From Atractiella rhizophila (lineage: Eukaryota): a stretch of DNA of 33,001 nucleotides. The stretch is from NCBI GenBank assembly GCA_021432655.1, contig MU271199.1, positions 142,793 to 175,793 of the forward strand. The letters are read 5' to 3'. This document shows, one piece after another, positions 10,118 to 21,462 of this stretch (its first letter is position 1; each line of letters starts with the position of its first letter). The translations under genes and the position numbers were made by a program. A model generated the notes under the pieces. The model worked only from the letters and a program-made list of their open reading frames with translations, searched no databases and was not told the DNA's origin.

Positions 10118-11640
10118 ATGTCTAACAAGAATCTCAAGAGATCAAGGTCGTCGACCGAGGACGAAGATTTTTCACTCGCCCAAGATGATCAATTCATCGA
10201 TCCCACCCTCCCTGCCCCTAAAAAGGCAAAGAACGGTGGTGGAAGGCAGAAGGCCACGGAGGATGAGAAGGCTGCCAGAAAAGCTGCCAGGATGGCTAGG
10301 AATCGAGGTATTTTTTTCTCGGTCATAGTTGAGGGTCTGTGCGCAGTTTTGACTGATCCATCTGATGGACGCAGATGCCGCCCAGGCCAGCCGAGATCGT
10401 AGAAAACAATACATCACGGAACTCGAATCCAAAGTCAGATCTCTCGAAACCCTCCTTTCATCCTCCGGTGGCTCCAACACCGACTCCCCTCTCGCTGTCC
10501 TCGAAGAGTCGAGGAACCTGAAGGAGGAGAACGAATCCCTTAAATCCCGTCTCGACATCATGGCCCACGAGTCACTCGAACTCAAACGCCGCCTCCAAAC
10601 CCTCGAATCCAAGTTCTCCTCCGTCGCCCCGTCCCTCTCCCCATCCTCTCCCCATTCATCCATCGGTTCATCCGTCCCAGACTTCAGCTACCCTCTGTTT
10701 CCCACGAACAGTAGCTCGATTGGGAGGTTCTCCAGCCCCGACAAAGATGCTAACCGCCTCGTAGCACGCGAGGTCAAAGTTTCCCTGCAGCGGAAAACAT
10801 CTTTGAAGGATTGGACTTCTCCTTTCAGTCACCGACCGAAGGTCATGGTGTCGGATCTCAGATCTTCACCGAAGGAGGATCCGGAGATGGACAACAATTA
10901 TGGGCTTCCATCCCCGGAATCAGTGAAGGAAGTCAGTTTGGGGGAGCCACCGGGAACGGTGCCGGATTTGAGAGCTTAAACTACTTCATTGGGAGCGGTG
11001 TGGAGGGGGAGGTGGCGGGAGGTGTGGAGGAGTTGTTTGGGGTTGGTGGGGAGAATGTCTTCGGGGTTGGACTTGGGAGAGAAATGATGGGTATGGATGG
11101 AGTGGTGAATCTGTTTGGGAATGAGGTTGCGGTTGGAAGCGGAGTGGGAGAAGATGTTAGTTTCGGTGGAGCGATGTTGGGAGAAGGGGACGTACTTTTG
11201 AACGGTTCTGGTTCTGAAGAGGCAAGCGGATCGATCGTGATCGAGGATTTCAAGATGGAGGGAACTAGTATAGATAAGAAGGTGGATGGGGTGTTGAGCA
11301 CGCCGATCCTGGATCGTAATTTGGGAAGGGAGATTAAGAGTGAAGGACAAGCGGACGACTGGAATTCCTTTTTCCAGGAATCATCGATCTTCTCGGACAC
11401 CGATAATATCTACGATGTCCTTTCGATCAGTTCGTCGAGTAGTCCAAGAAGCGAAGACGACACGGGTATGTTTGGAGACGGCCTCAAGATGTTGGGATTC
11501 ACAACTTCCGAACTCGAAATCGACAACCTTGGAGACGGAGGCATGGGATCTCTTACCCTAGGTTTGTCCTTCGCGGTGTTTCATGTTCGTCTCCTGACGT
11601 TTGGGTTATGACTGTAGCGAATCAACCAGCATCCTCGTGA
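10118..11640 (+). CDS. HAC1: UPR bZIP transcription factor (HAC1/HXL1/Cib1/XBP1 type): unspliced form 264 aa (stop 10979), IRE1-spliced form about 458 aa (stop 11640)
   Basis: Basic region EKAARKAARMARNR-DAAQASRDRRKQYITELESKV spans canonical intron 10308-10374 and is followed by a leucine zipper. Removing 10765-10787 joins it to the acidic ORF 10811-11611. A final canonical intron lies at 11562-11617. Confidence 0.88.
10742..10805 (+). other. IRE1 substrate bifurcated stem-loop containing a 23-nt unconventional intron (10765-10787)
   Basis: The basal stem is CAAAGATG (10742-49) paired with CATCTTTG (10798-805). Hairpin 1 is CCTCG-[TAG^CACG]-CGAGG. Hairpin 2 is TTTCC-[CTG^CAGC]-GGAAA. There are no GT-AG ends, and excision gives the needed frameshift. 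Confidence 0.85.
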
Positions 11641-12252
11641 TGCCCAATCGAATTCTTTCGCCCCTTCTCGCCCTGGAACAGACCGAGCCCTCTCCAAGTT
11701 CTCCTTCGGATCGTTCATGTCTCCTTTGTTGACGACGTGAATGTTTCCTTAGTTTGACGAGCTGGGAGGGGATTTCGATGTTCTCAGTCTGGCACTCGAA
11801 GCGTTTGACGACAAGTACAACGTTTGGTGCATCACCGTTGGGCGTTGGTTGATTTCGTTGGATCTCAATGGAGGTTCGAAGTTAAGTTAAATTGGTTAGT
11901 TGGATGGGTGATTGGGGGTATTAAGTAGAAAGTGGATCTGTGATCGTTATCTTGAAAGTATCTCTAGATGTCCCGTTTATTCTTCTTCGTCTTTATAATC
12001 TTGTCTGACAATCTTCTTTCCAAGAATATATGATCCTATGTTCCTATGGTCGGTTCTCAATTACATTGTACTGTACACCTCACTAGTCCTTTATGGAAAT
12101 TTCATAAGTTTCCTCCATAATATTGCTCCGTTATGTCCCTGCAATATACCCTTTCTTGTCTGCTACGGCGTTCTGCCGCGATTTCAAACATTTGAAATGA
12201 GGCCGACAAGTCGTGATGATCTCGTCTTACCGTCGCAATCTTGAGCAATACC

Positions 12253-12260
12253 TATAAAAG
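12253..12260 (+). promoter_or_regulatory. TATA box of the carboxypeptidase gene
   Basis: TATAAAAG begins 66 nt upstream of ATG 12319. Confidence 0.5.
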
Positions 12261-12318
12261 CCTCGTCCCGATCGTAAAGTCCTCCTAGACGTGACGTTAA
12301 ACCTCAGCGTAGCGTACC

Positions 12319-14673
12319 ATGTCAGAAAAGCGGTCAGCAAACGATCAGAAGGCGGCGGCATATCGCGACTTCGATGAGGAGGCACAACTTGGGCACAATG
12401 CAGAACCAACTTCGTCTGCAGTCAGGCGACGTCTCATAGCATCTGGGATTCACGTTCTCCTCTTCCTAGCCATCTGGAAAGGATTTATGCACCTTTTTCG
12501 ACCTTCGCATCCGACAGCTTCGTCTGCCGTCTTTCCGTTCTCAAAACTCGTGAATCACGAGGATGCCTATGCGTCAATCTGCCCTCAATACGACGCTTTG
12601 AAACCGCCTGCTTATGATGAACTGGACGCGAATGTGGAGCTTTTGAAGACCCCGCAGTGGAGGAAGGACAGTGCAAGGAGGCTGAGCGGAGCGGTCCAGG
12701 TGGAAACTCAAAGTTTCGATGACTTAGGACAAGTTGGAGAGGACGAGAGATTTAATAAACTTTTCAAGGTACGCTATTTCGTTCCTTGGTCGGTTTTAAC
12801 TGATACATCTAGGATGTAGTTTGAGAAATATTTGGAGGACACCTTTCCATTGATGTCCGTTCTTCTTACCGTGGTGCTCAAAATGCACTGACTCTCAAGC
12901 CTATCAGTCACGAGAAGCTCGAGAAGACCAACATCAACACCCATGGCTTGTTGTTTAAATGGCAAGGCAGCGATCCCTCTCTCAAACCTATCTTGCTCAT
13001 GGTGAGCTTCTCCCAATTTGTCATTCGAACGAGCAGTTCACAGGATTTTACAGGCTCATTACGACACGGTACCGGTGCTCACGGATACTTTGGATCAGTG
13101 GACTTATGGTAAGTTATTCCGGTCTCCTTGAGTAGTCGAGTTCCGCTATAGTAATGATCAGAGCCATGGTCTGGGACATACGATGGAACGTACGTTTGGG
13201 GACGCGGAGCAGCGGACTGCAAGACTTTGCTCATTGCAGAGCTTGAAGCAGTCACGCTCCTTCTCGGCACTTCTTTCACCCCGAAACGTTCTATCTACAT
13301 CCAATTCGGATTTGACGAGGAAGTCGGTGGTCTGCGAGGGGCGGGAAATATTGGAAAGTACCTGGAAGAAACACTCGGAAAGGATTCCTTCGAGCTGGTG
13401 ATTGATGAAGGAGGACTGCCTTTGATGGAATTCTATGGAAGCAACTTTGTGCTTCCAGCAAGTGGAGAGAAAGGATCCATAACTGTCAACGTAAGTTGAC
13501 TCGCTGCCGTTAACATTGTTCAACGTTCAATGTCCAGGTCACCTTGAGCACCAAGGGAGGTCATTCCTCAGTTCCTCCACCGCACACTGGCATTGGAATC
13601 ATCTCTAAGGTGGTCACAACTCTAGAAGCGAACCCTTTCGAGTCCAATTTGACCATCGACAATCCATACTTCTCCATGCTTCAATGCGCGGCTACTCAGT
13701 CCAAAGACATGCCTGATTCTCTTAGGGAAAAGGTCCTTAGAGCCGCAGATGATGACGAGCTTCGACAGCAAGTTGCCAAACTCGGTGCCCTGGATCGAAG
13801 AAGCGAAATGCTCTACACAACCTCTCAAGCAGTAGACATCATCAAAGGAGGAGTCAAGGTCAACGCTTTGCCCGAATTTGTCTACACTGTGGTGAATCAC
13901 AGAATAAGGTATGATAACTTCACTCTTCAACCTTCGACATTGATACTAAACTGTTATCCAGGCCAGGGAGCACGGGTGAGGTCGGTGTGGATACTTATAT
14001 CATCAGGGCAATCCTAAAATGCACGACAGGATGTCAAAGATCACTATGTTAATGTTCTCTCTCCCCTCGCCCAAGAATTCAATCTCGACCTCAACGCCTT
14101 TGGACAATGGTACAACTTCTCCACTACTTCACAAAATGGTGGCCAGCTCAATTTTGTGGCGCCGCGGTGAGGAACCTGCCATCGTCTCACTCATTCGAGC
14201 ACTGACTCCAGGACAGCTACCTTAATCCCGCCCCAGTTTCCCCAACTGCTGATCCATCGAACGAGGTTTGGAAAAAGCTTGTTGGAACCATCAAACATAT
14301 CTATGATGAACCAGAGAAACCGGCAGTTGTTGCCCCATCTATCATGACTGGCAATACGGACACAGTAAGCCCTTACAGACTGCCGACGCTATCAGAGTTG
14401 TCTAACGTCCTCTTCCAGCGTTTCATGTGGAATCTCTCCAAAAACATTTACAGGTAAGTTGCTCGTTGTAGACTAAAAGGGGGGTATCTGAAACTGCTTA
14501 GATTTGGGCCGGCGAGGAGCAACGGTGAAGGCGGCGCGCATACAGTCGATGAGTTCGCAAGCATTGATGATCGTGAGTTCGACGCTTTTCTTTCCAAAAC
14601 GACATGCTAATTGAAGCTACCAGATATCGAATCGACCAAGTTTTTCCACGAGCTTATTCGAAACTTCGACTGA
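12319..14673 (+). CDS. CPS1: Gly-Xaa carboxypeptidase (peptidase M20A, vacuolar carboxypeptidase S-like), many short exons
   Basis: N-terminal TM segment, ICPQ, RLSGAVQVETQSFD, KPILLM-AHYDTVPV, GRGAADCK, FGFDEEVGG, IDEGG, GGHSSVPPPHTGIGI, GGVKVNALPE, IMTGNTDT and AHTVDE. Stop TGA at 14671-14673. Confidence 0.92.
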
Positions 14674-15203
14674 AACGGATGAAGAGCTTTGTTGTACAAC
14701 AGGTTTGGTAGAAGCCTTTGACTTTGGCTCAAGCGCCAGCTGCAACCTCATTTTAAGCGGCATAACTTGCCGGATAACTTTCCAGTTAGAGGGGCGAGCC
14801 AAAGTCGTGTGAGTCGATAGGTGATTGTGCCCAAAGCATCAACCTACTTGTAATGGAGCGATTCAATCGTCGCTAAAGAATGGGACTGCCAGGGCAGTGT
14901 AAGAGCATATAATATCGAACAATTGGAATACGATTGCCCAGAAGAGTCGAACATACTACATAGTTCCAAAGCTAAGCTGGGTGAGATAATCACTAAGCAC
15001 TTATGTCAGAGCTGAATAGGAGTCGAGGTTTTGGATGCGGAGGCTGCAGGAACGAAGTTATGGTAAGCAAGACGACAGATAAACACAAGGGATTCCTTTT
15101 TGTGGACGATTCCGCGAACAGTTTGGGCTAGATTAAACAAGGGAGACAGTGCTGTGGGAGTCTGATCAACACAGAAGGATAGGAAGAGAGAAAGGACGCA
15201 CCA

Positions 15204-15491
15204 TTACCAACCCATTTTGGTCAGTTCCTGATCGATGAATGCGTCCTTCGCAAGAAGGTATTCCACCAACTCCCTGTGAACCAAAAGCATTCTTTCCCTC
15301 CTCATCTGTTCCTCTCTTTCCGCTCTGAACGATCCAAATTGCTCGACAGTCATCTCTCCAAGCCCTGCTTCGACAGGATGAAAGTCTTCGTAATGAGGGA
15401 GCTCCTCGTTGGTTTCATGATCTTCAGGAAGGGGAGGGTCGAAGTGCACGATCCACGCGAGTCCGGAGGGAATAGCAGAGATGGCGTTCAT
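15204..15491 (-). CDS. Small hypothetical protein (95 aa)
   Basis: ATG-initiated ORF with protein-like acidic/helical composition. TATAAA (15594-15599, minus strand) and a CT-rich leader lie upstream. No family recognised. Confidence 0.5.
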   Translation of the reverse strand: MNAISAIPSGLAWIVHFDPPLPEDHETNEELPHYEDFHPVEAGLGEMTVEQFGSFRAEREEQMRRERMLLVHRELVEYLLAKDAFIDQELTKMGW

Positions 15492-16001
15492 CCTTCTAGT
15501 TGGTATAACTCCTGGTTATAGGGCTGACGGTCTGAGAGGTATCGACCAAAGAATGGTGGTGAAGAAGGGAAGTGAGAAGGAATGTGAATGCTGTTTATAA
15601 GGGAACAGAAAGCTTTGGGCTTTGTGACCGATGCGAAGGCAATAAAGAGATGGAGCTAGCCCTTTAACAAAAGAGCTCAAGGAAAGTTTGTTTGGATCAG
15701 TTGTGTAAGAAGACAAGATCTATGCAGATGAGCCCTGCAGAACACAACAGCACTGAACCTTGTAATTGATCAATTGAGACGCGCCGTGACGAAATGCGAT
15801 CACGTGTGGTCGATTTTAATAGAAGATAATCTGAGAAGTCGAGAATACTTGAAAGAATGTGATGGGATGCTCAAGGAACGGCAGAGCAAGAGAGCAAGAG
15901 CTTTTTAACGAGTTAGCTCAAGGAACGAAGGGCAGGGTTTGTGGTGTGCGTGAAGTGAACAAGGAACAACCTAGTCTTTTGTTTTGTCTATTTAACCCAA
16001 A

Positions 16002-19000
16002 TCACAGTAACAATCTCTGAGCCAAACCAATCTACACCAAATGGTTTCAGTTTTCTATAACGGGTAAGGAAAAAATGGAGTGCTGACCTTATCTCCCAGC
16101 GCCAGCGCAATACCCTGAGTCTTGCTTCTTATCCTCACATGCCCCTGAATCGAATCTTCCGTCTTTTCGATCGACAGGTTGGCCAACGCATCCTCTCCTA
16201 GAGCGGGGAATCAGTACGCATTAAAACGATGGATGGGACTATCTACCAAATAATGAACGGGCGTAAAGGTTGGCAGAAAGGAAGCCGCAATCTCCTTCAA
16301 GAGCTGCTTCGGGTGTTAAGCACGCCATATTTGTTGCTGTCAGGATGTGCTGTAGATCTGCGAAAGTATCCCGTCAATTCTAAATAACTGAAGAGAGCAG
16401 AGCCACATACAAGTTTTTAGACTATCGATTGTGGTGTTAACGTTCACCCTATTCTCCCACTCGAACTCTGTCCACATATTCCTAAAGGTTTGTTCCGGAC
16501 ACTTTGCGGGTTGGATATAGTCGAGGATGTCAATGTGAATGTCGTTTAGCACCACCGCATGAGAATCTTGCGTTGTCAATGATGCATCGTAGAAAATGTT
16601 GCCAAAGATGACACCTGTCTCTGTGGACGAGACCTTCACCGTCGCTTTCATCGATTGGAATGAGTGCGGCCCTAACGTGTAGGTGATGGGTTTCTCGATG
16701 AGCTTCAGATCTCCCAACGTTGCGAACTCGAGAGTGAGGTTCTGTAGGGTCTCAGTCGTTTGGTTGACGATGAGGACGTCTAGGAGGATGTCGAACTGTG
16801 CCACCTTGACGTACGCCTCAGCATAAACCGGATCCGAAAATCCTGCTCACTTCTCAGTATCGCTATCATCACCCAAGTCAGATATAACGCACCTGTAAGC
16901 TGTACGACTCTACTCAGTCGATTAACAAAGTCTTCCTTCTGCTCCGCCCCGGTCGCACCCTTCAAATCGGCCTCCTGCTCATCGACTCCTTCCGCTCCTT
17001 TCTTCGCGAAACCCCTGAACGAGATCATATCGTCAGGCTGGACCTTGACGTCTTTCTTCTCTTTCGACTTTTGTTCTTTTTCCACCCGCTCTTGTTGCTT
17101 CAACATCGTGACGTAAGCATCTTGGGTCTCCTCCAGGAAGATCTTTCGCATCTCGAGGTTGTTGGGTGTGGAGAGGATGGTGAGGCAGGAAAAGATTCGT
17201 TCGGTGGTGTCTTCGTCTATTGGGACGGCTGTTATGGAGGATTGACCGATGCGGACTATCGAGGTCATTATCAACATTGCCTAGCATCACACGCGTCAGG
17301 ATTTCGAAATTTAAGCTGAGTAGGGGGGAGAAGAGACAGACCTCGGCTCGTAAAGAGTTCATAAACTTGGGGTCCTTCTCCACCCCCTCCATCCTCAACA
17401 CCAACTTGGTGATGGTGACTGACAGCACAGCAGCTGTAAAAAAGTCACCACCAAGGATCAATCCCCTCAGAGGGGGTTTATTGGCCAACTTATCAGCCTT
17501 CTTCTTCTCCTCCACCACGGTCTCAGTCACATAAGTTCCATCCTCCAACACCTTCGTCTTCGTCGTGACCTTTCCCTCTCCGACTTCTTCTGATGCTTCC
17601 TCTTCCTGCCTCTCTTCTCGAATAGGCACTTCCCCGATCCCCTCCCTGATACCCCTCCAAGCATCTTTCACCTCTTCTCGCGTCTCCGCATACTCTCCAA
17701 TCACCCACAACGCTCCTCGCAGCGCTTTTCCACTCTTCATCGTCCCCACCCCCTCGCTCAGTTGTTTCAGGATGGGACTTCGGAGGTCGTGGAACTTGTG
17801 TACTGCTTCTCGAACGAAGGAGATGACCTCCGTCATCGTGGCTGAGGAGGTCGTGGAAATAGGATCTTGGAGGACGGGGAGGAGGTGGAATATGGTCGAT
17901 GAGGCGATCGAAGGGTGAGAGAGGGAGAGAGAGTGAATCGTGGAAATCAAAAGTTGACGGTATTCGTTGTTCTACTCCCTCTATTCAGCCACCTTATCCA
18001 GAAACCATCCAAAGGATATAGCAAGAGTGAGGGACGGAGAGACAGACCTTATCATTCTCCATCGGTTTCGACAACTCCTTCTTCAAGACTCCCACGACCT
18101 CTTCCACATTCCTACTATTAACAAGCTTCATGCCCATCTCCAAAGCCTTCTTCTTGACCTCCAAATCCGTCCTTCCAACCAACCGATCCATCAGTCTCCT
18201 ATTCACATGACGAAGAAGATAGTGGCCGGGAAGCTCACGAGCTCAAGACGGCGAGTAAATCGACGACGAGTGCTTCCAAGACTCCCTCGCCTTCAAATCG
18301 TTCGCGAAGGGCATCCAATCGCTCGAGGACGATGAGCTTGACATTGTTGTCGCTCTCCTTCGTGATGAGCGATATATAACAGTTAGCCGCAGCTACGCCA
18401 TTCCATGAGCAGTTACAAAGTATTCGAAGCGATGACACGAACCTTGGACGGCGGATGGGTTCCCTGTCAGTCCGGTCAACGTGGTCGCTGCTTCGTATTT
18501 CACGCCTCGGGAGTTAGAAGAGAGAAGCTCGAGGGCGAGACGGATGTATTTCGCCTTGTGATCATGAGCAATTCACTCCCTTGGAATGGGAAAGGAGGAG
18601 GTCTGCATACCTTGTCGGCGGCGGAGACTCGCGGTCCTTCCTTCCGAATAACCTCGACGATGGAAAGTTGCAAGACCTCGTCCATGCCCGCGACCTAGCA
18701 TCGTCAACATTGATCACCATCCAACTAAGGTACATGAGAGTGATAGGAAAGAAGCATACACTGTCCAGATTGGATTTGAGCCATTGAAGTGCAGTCGGGG
18801 GTGAGATCGTGGACAGCGCCACGAATGCGTTTCTCAGACAGGTCGGATCGCTTTCCTGCTCCGTCTTCGATCAACGTGGAAGGACAAGGAAGGAATGAAA
18901 TGACAAACGGCGGCTAGGAAGGTTTCTAACAGTTCTGCAGCATCGGGTACAAGGTGTTCTGCTACTTTGTAGATGGAAAAGATCGCAAAGATGGCGTTTT

Positions 19001-19558
19001 TGCGGACATATTGATGTCGATGTTCCTGCGTTTAAACCGTCTCAACGCACCTCCCTTTGCAACGTTTGAGGACATAAATGATGGGATACGCACGAGACAA
19101 GCCCTGGCTGTAGGAACGAGAGGTTCGAGCAGCTCAACCTCCCTAATCTTCTGCAAAAACCTCAACGTAGCCCCCCTTATGTACTCGTTCGGGTGCTGCA
19201 GATCGTTCCTGATAGCATTACAAACGAGGATCATTTCCTGTCTCAGCGTTCCTTCCTTTCCATCCTCATATTTCGGGCAAACTTCCCAGTAAAAGTGTAC
19301 GAGCTTCTTCAGCTGCTTGCTCTTCGACGGCAACACATATTGGATGACTGGCATAAGCAACCCCGAGGTATTGCTCGACCCCGAGAGAGTCTGGAGGATG
19401 AGATGCTTGAGGGCGAGCACGCGGAGGGAGTCTGGACCCTTTTGGAGGGCTGAGCGGAGGTCAGAGGTGGAGGGCGAGTCGGAGAGGCCGCCGCCTGAGG
19501 AGGAGGAGAGGGAGGAGAGGAAGCTGTCGGATATGAGGAAGTGGATTGGCTGCTCCAT
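16002..19558 (-). CDS. SEC26: Coatomer (COPI) subunit beta, multi-exon
   Basis: [107 protein letters not shown] and [16 protein letters not shown]. The last exon is IGLAQRLLL*. Confidence 0.97.
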
Positions 19559-19796
19559 CGCTCGTCGTCGCTTTGGAGTGATGGAAGACTGGCGAAAGTT
19601 GGCTGAAGTGATGCAGCTGTCGATGTGGAACTCGATAAAATCGTTGCGGCTATTCCCGTTGATACTCACTGCACCAGGCAGTCGCCGACACACGTGACTT
19701 AAGAACGCCACTTTTCTAGCGACCAAGAAACTCATCATCTGCCCTGTCAGCCACTCCCCCGCTCTCGCTACTTCTCATCCGATAAGAATATTCGAA

Positions 19797-21204
19797 ATGG
19801 TCCGTGTTTTTATGCTTTACAGCTGGTTTAGGACCTGACGATCTACGGAACGCAGCCAACTGCAGCAGCGCTGAAGAAGATAGCTCGTGATCTCACCAAC
19901 CTCGCTCGCGCTCCTTCAGAGGGTATAAGGGTGTGTGACGGATGGGATGAGAATCTGGGGGAGGACGTGTTGTGTTGGGTGGAAGGGCCCAAAGGAACGG
20001 CTTACGAAGGTGCGCACCGTTCTTTGTTGAAGAAGCAAAATGTGCCGTGTTGGGTTTGGATGTGGAAAATCGCTGCTCATGCCTTTTCTGCATGTCGACA
20101 GGTGGCTTCTTCAAAATATCATTCCAATTCGGAGACGACTTTCCAGCCGCTCCTCCAAAAGGTCAGTCGATCCCTTGCCTCCATGTTGAATGAATTTCTA
20201 CTCACCTTAATCTGACAGGGTTCTTCCGGACCAAGATCATGCACCCCAATGTCTCTCCATCCGATGGAGCGATATGCGTCTCGACGTTGAAGAAGGACTG
20301 GAAGTCTACGCTCACGATTGCAGACGTGCTCATAAACATCAAGGGCCTGATGTTCTGCCCTAATGCGGAATCGGCACTGAACGAAGATGCGGGCAGACTC
20401 ATGCTCGAAGACTGGGACGCATTTGTGGGTAGAGCGAGGATGTTTACGAGCATCAACGCGATCCCGAAGGAGAAACCGGTCGAGTTTCGTCGAGTCAAGG
20501 ATCGTGTAGATACTTCGACATCTGCTTCAGCTTCCACCTCCACCTCCGCCTCCACATCAGCAACCAGTTCGATGCCGGCAACAAGTACAAGTACAGCTCC
20601 TTTAGTCCCACCACCAACATCTCACAAGAAGAAGCGCGGCGCATCTCCCATCCCCTTCCCACCATTACCCAAAGATGCTCCCACCTCCCTATCTCTCACA
20701 ACATCCATCGAAAACGGTGCTTCATCACCCATTTCAACCATGAGGCGACGGGAACGATCAACTTCTGGACAACCTCTCGTCGCCCCAGCCGGGAACGGGA
20801 TAGGCACGTCAGAATCAGAGACGGACGGCATGTCGAACGCTCCTTCAGTACCTATCAGGCCACCGTCCGGTGGCTTCACTCCCATACCCTCCCCAGTCAA
20901 CTCTTCATTTCCAACCTCTGCCGTTGCAACTCCAGGTCAAGAAAACACGTCTACCTTCCCAAGTCAAGAAACGGGTGCAAAGGGAGGAGAGGATGTGGAG
21001 ATGAAGGATACTGCTTCGATGTCCAACGTCACCGTCATAGCTGGACTTGTGGGGAATGGAACGGGAAGGAAGAGGACGTTAACTAGCACGCTTGTGGATG
21101 CGGTGGGTGGTTCGAATGCTTTGAAGAAGGAAAGGAGGGACGGAGGAGTCATCGGTGGCTTGCGACCAGTCATTAAGCGGAGAACGGGATTGAAGAGACT
21201 TTGA
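19797..21204 (+). CDS. UBE2S: Ubiquitin-conjugating enzyme E2 S-like with long Ser/Thr/Pro-rich C-terminal extension
   Basis: Exons are ATG (19797-99), 19856-20009, 20102-20161 and 20219-21204. Motifs: GPKGTAYEGG, FPAAPPKG, KIMHPNV, ICVSTLKKDW (catalytic Cys), PNAESALNEDAG and C-terminal KRRTGLKRL. Confidence 0.85.
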
Positions 21205-21462
21205 CCTCGTTCTTTGCGGTACAACTTACTGTTCCTCCTCCTGCCTCAATTTTTTATTGATGCTTTTGTGTTGATGTTCGAATACCTTGGTCCTGCCAAA
21301 AAACCGCCTTGAAACGGCAATTTTTAACAAAAACCCGAACCGAAAAACCCTCGATAATTTCTTTGGCACAAGATCGTCTGATCTGCAGGTCATCATGCTA
21401 ATTACTCCTCCCAGAAGAGGCAAGAGTATCGCAAGAACTAGCATCATGTGACCTGGGAGAAG

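Noticed and set aside
10811..11611. Independent 266-aa acidic gene
   Set aside because: It starts at TTG and overlaps the bZIP ORF with no promoter space. It is better explained as the IRE1-spliced HAC1 C-terminus.
15760..15930. Palindrome AATTGATCAATT and short repeats (GCAAGAGA, CTCAAGGAACG)
   Set aside because: Too short and irregular to support a mobile element or array; compatible with ordinary UTR/promoter sequence.
19559..19738. N-terminal extension of coatomer beta predicted by the ORF track
   Set aside because: It runs through the shared divergent promoter. Beta-COP similarity starts at MEQPIHFL (19558).
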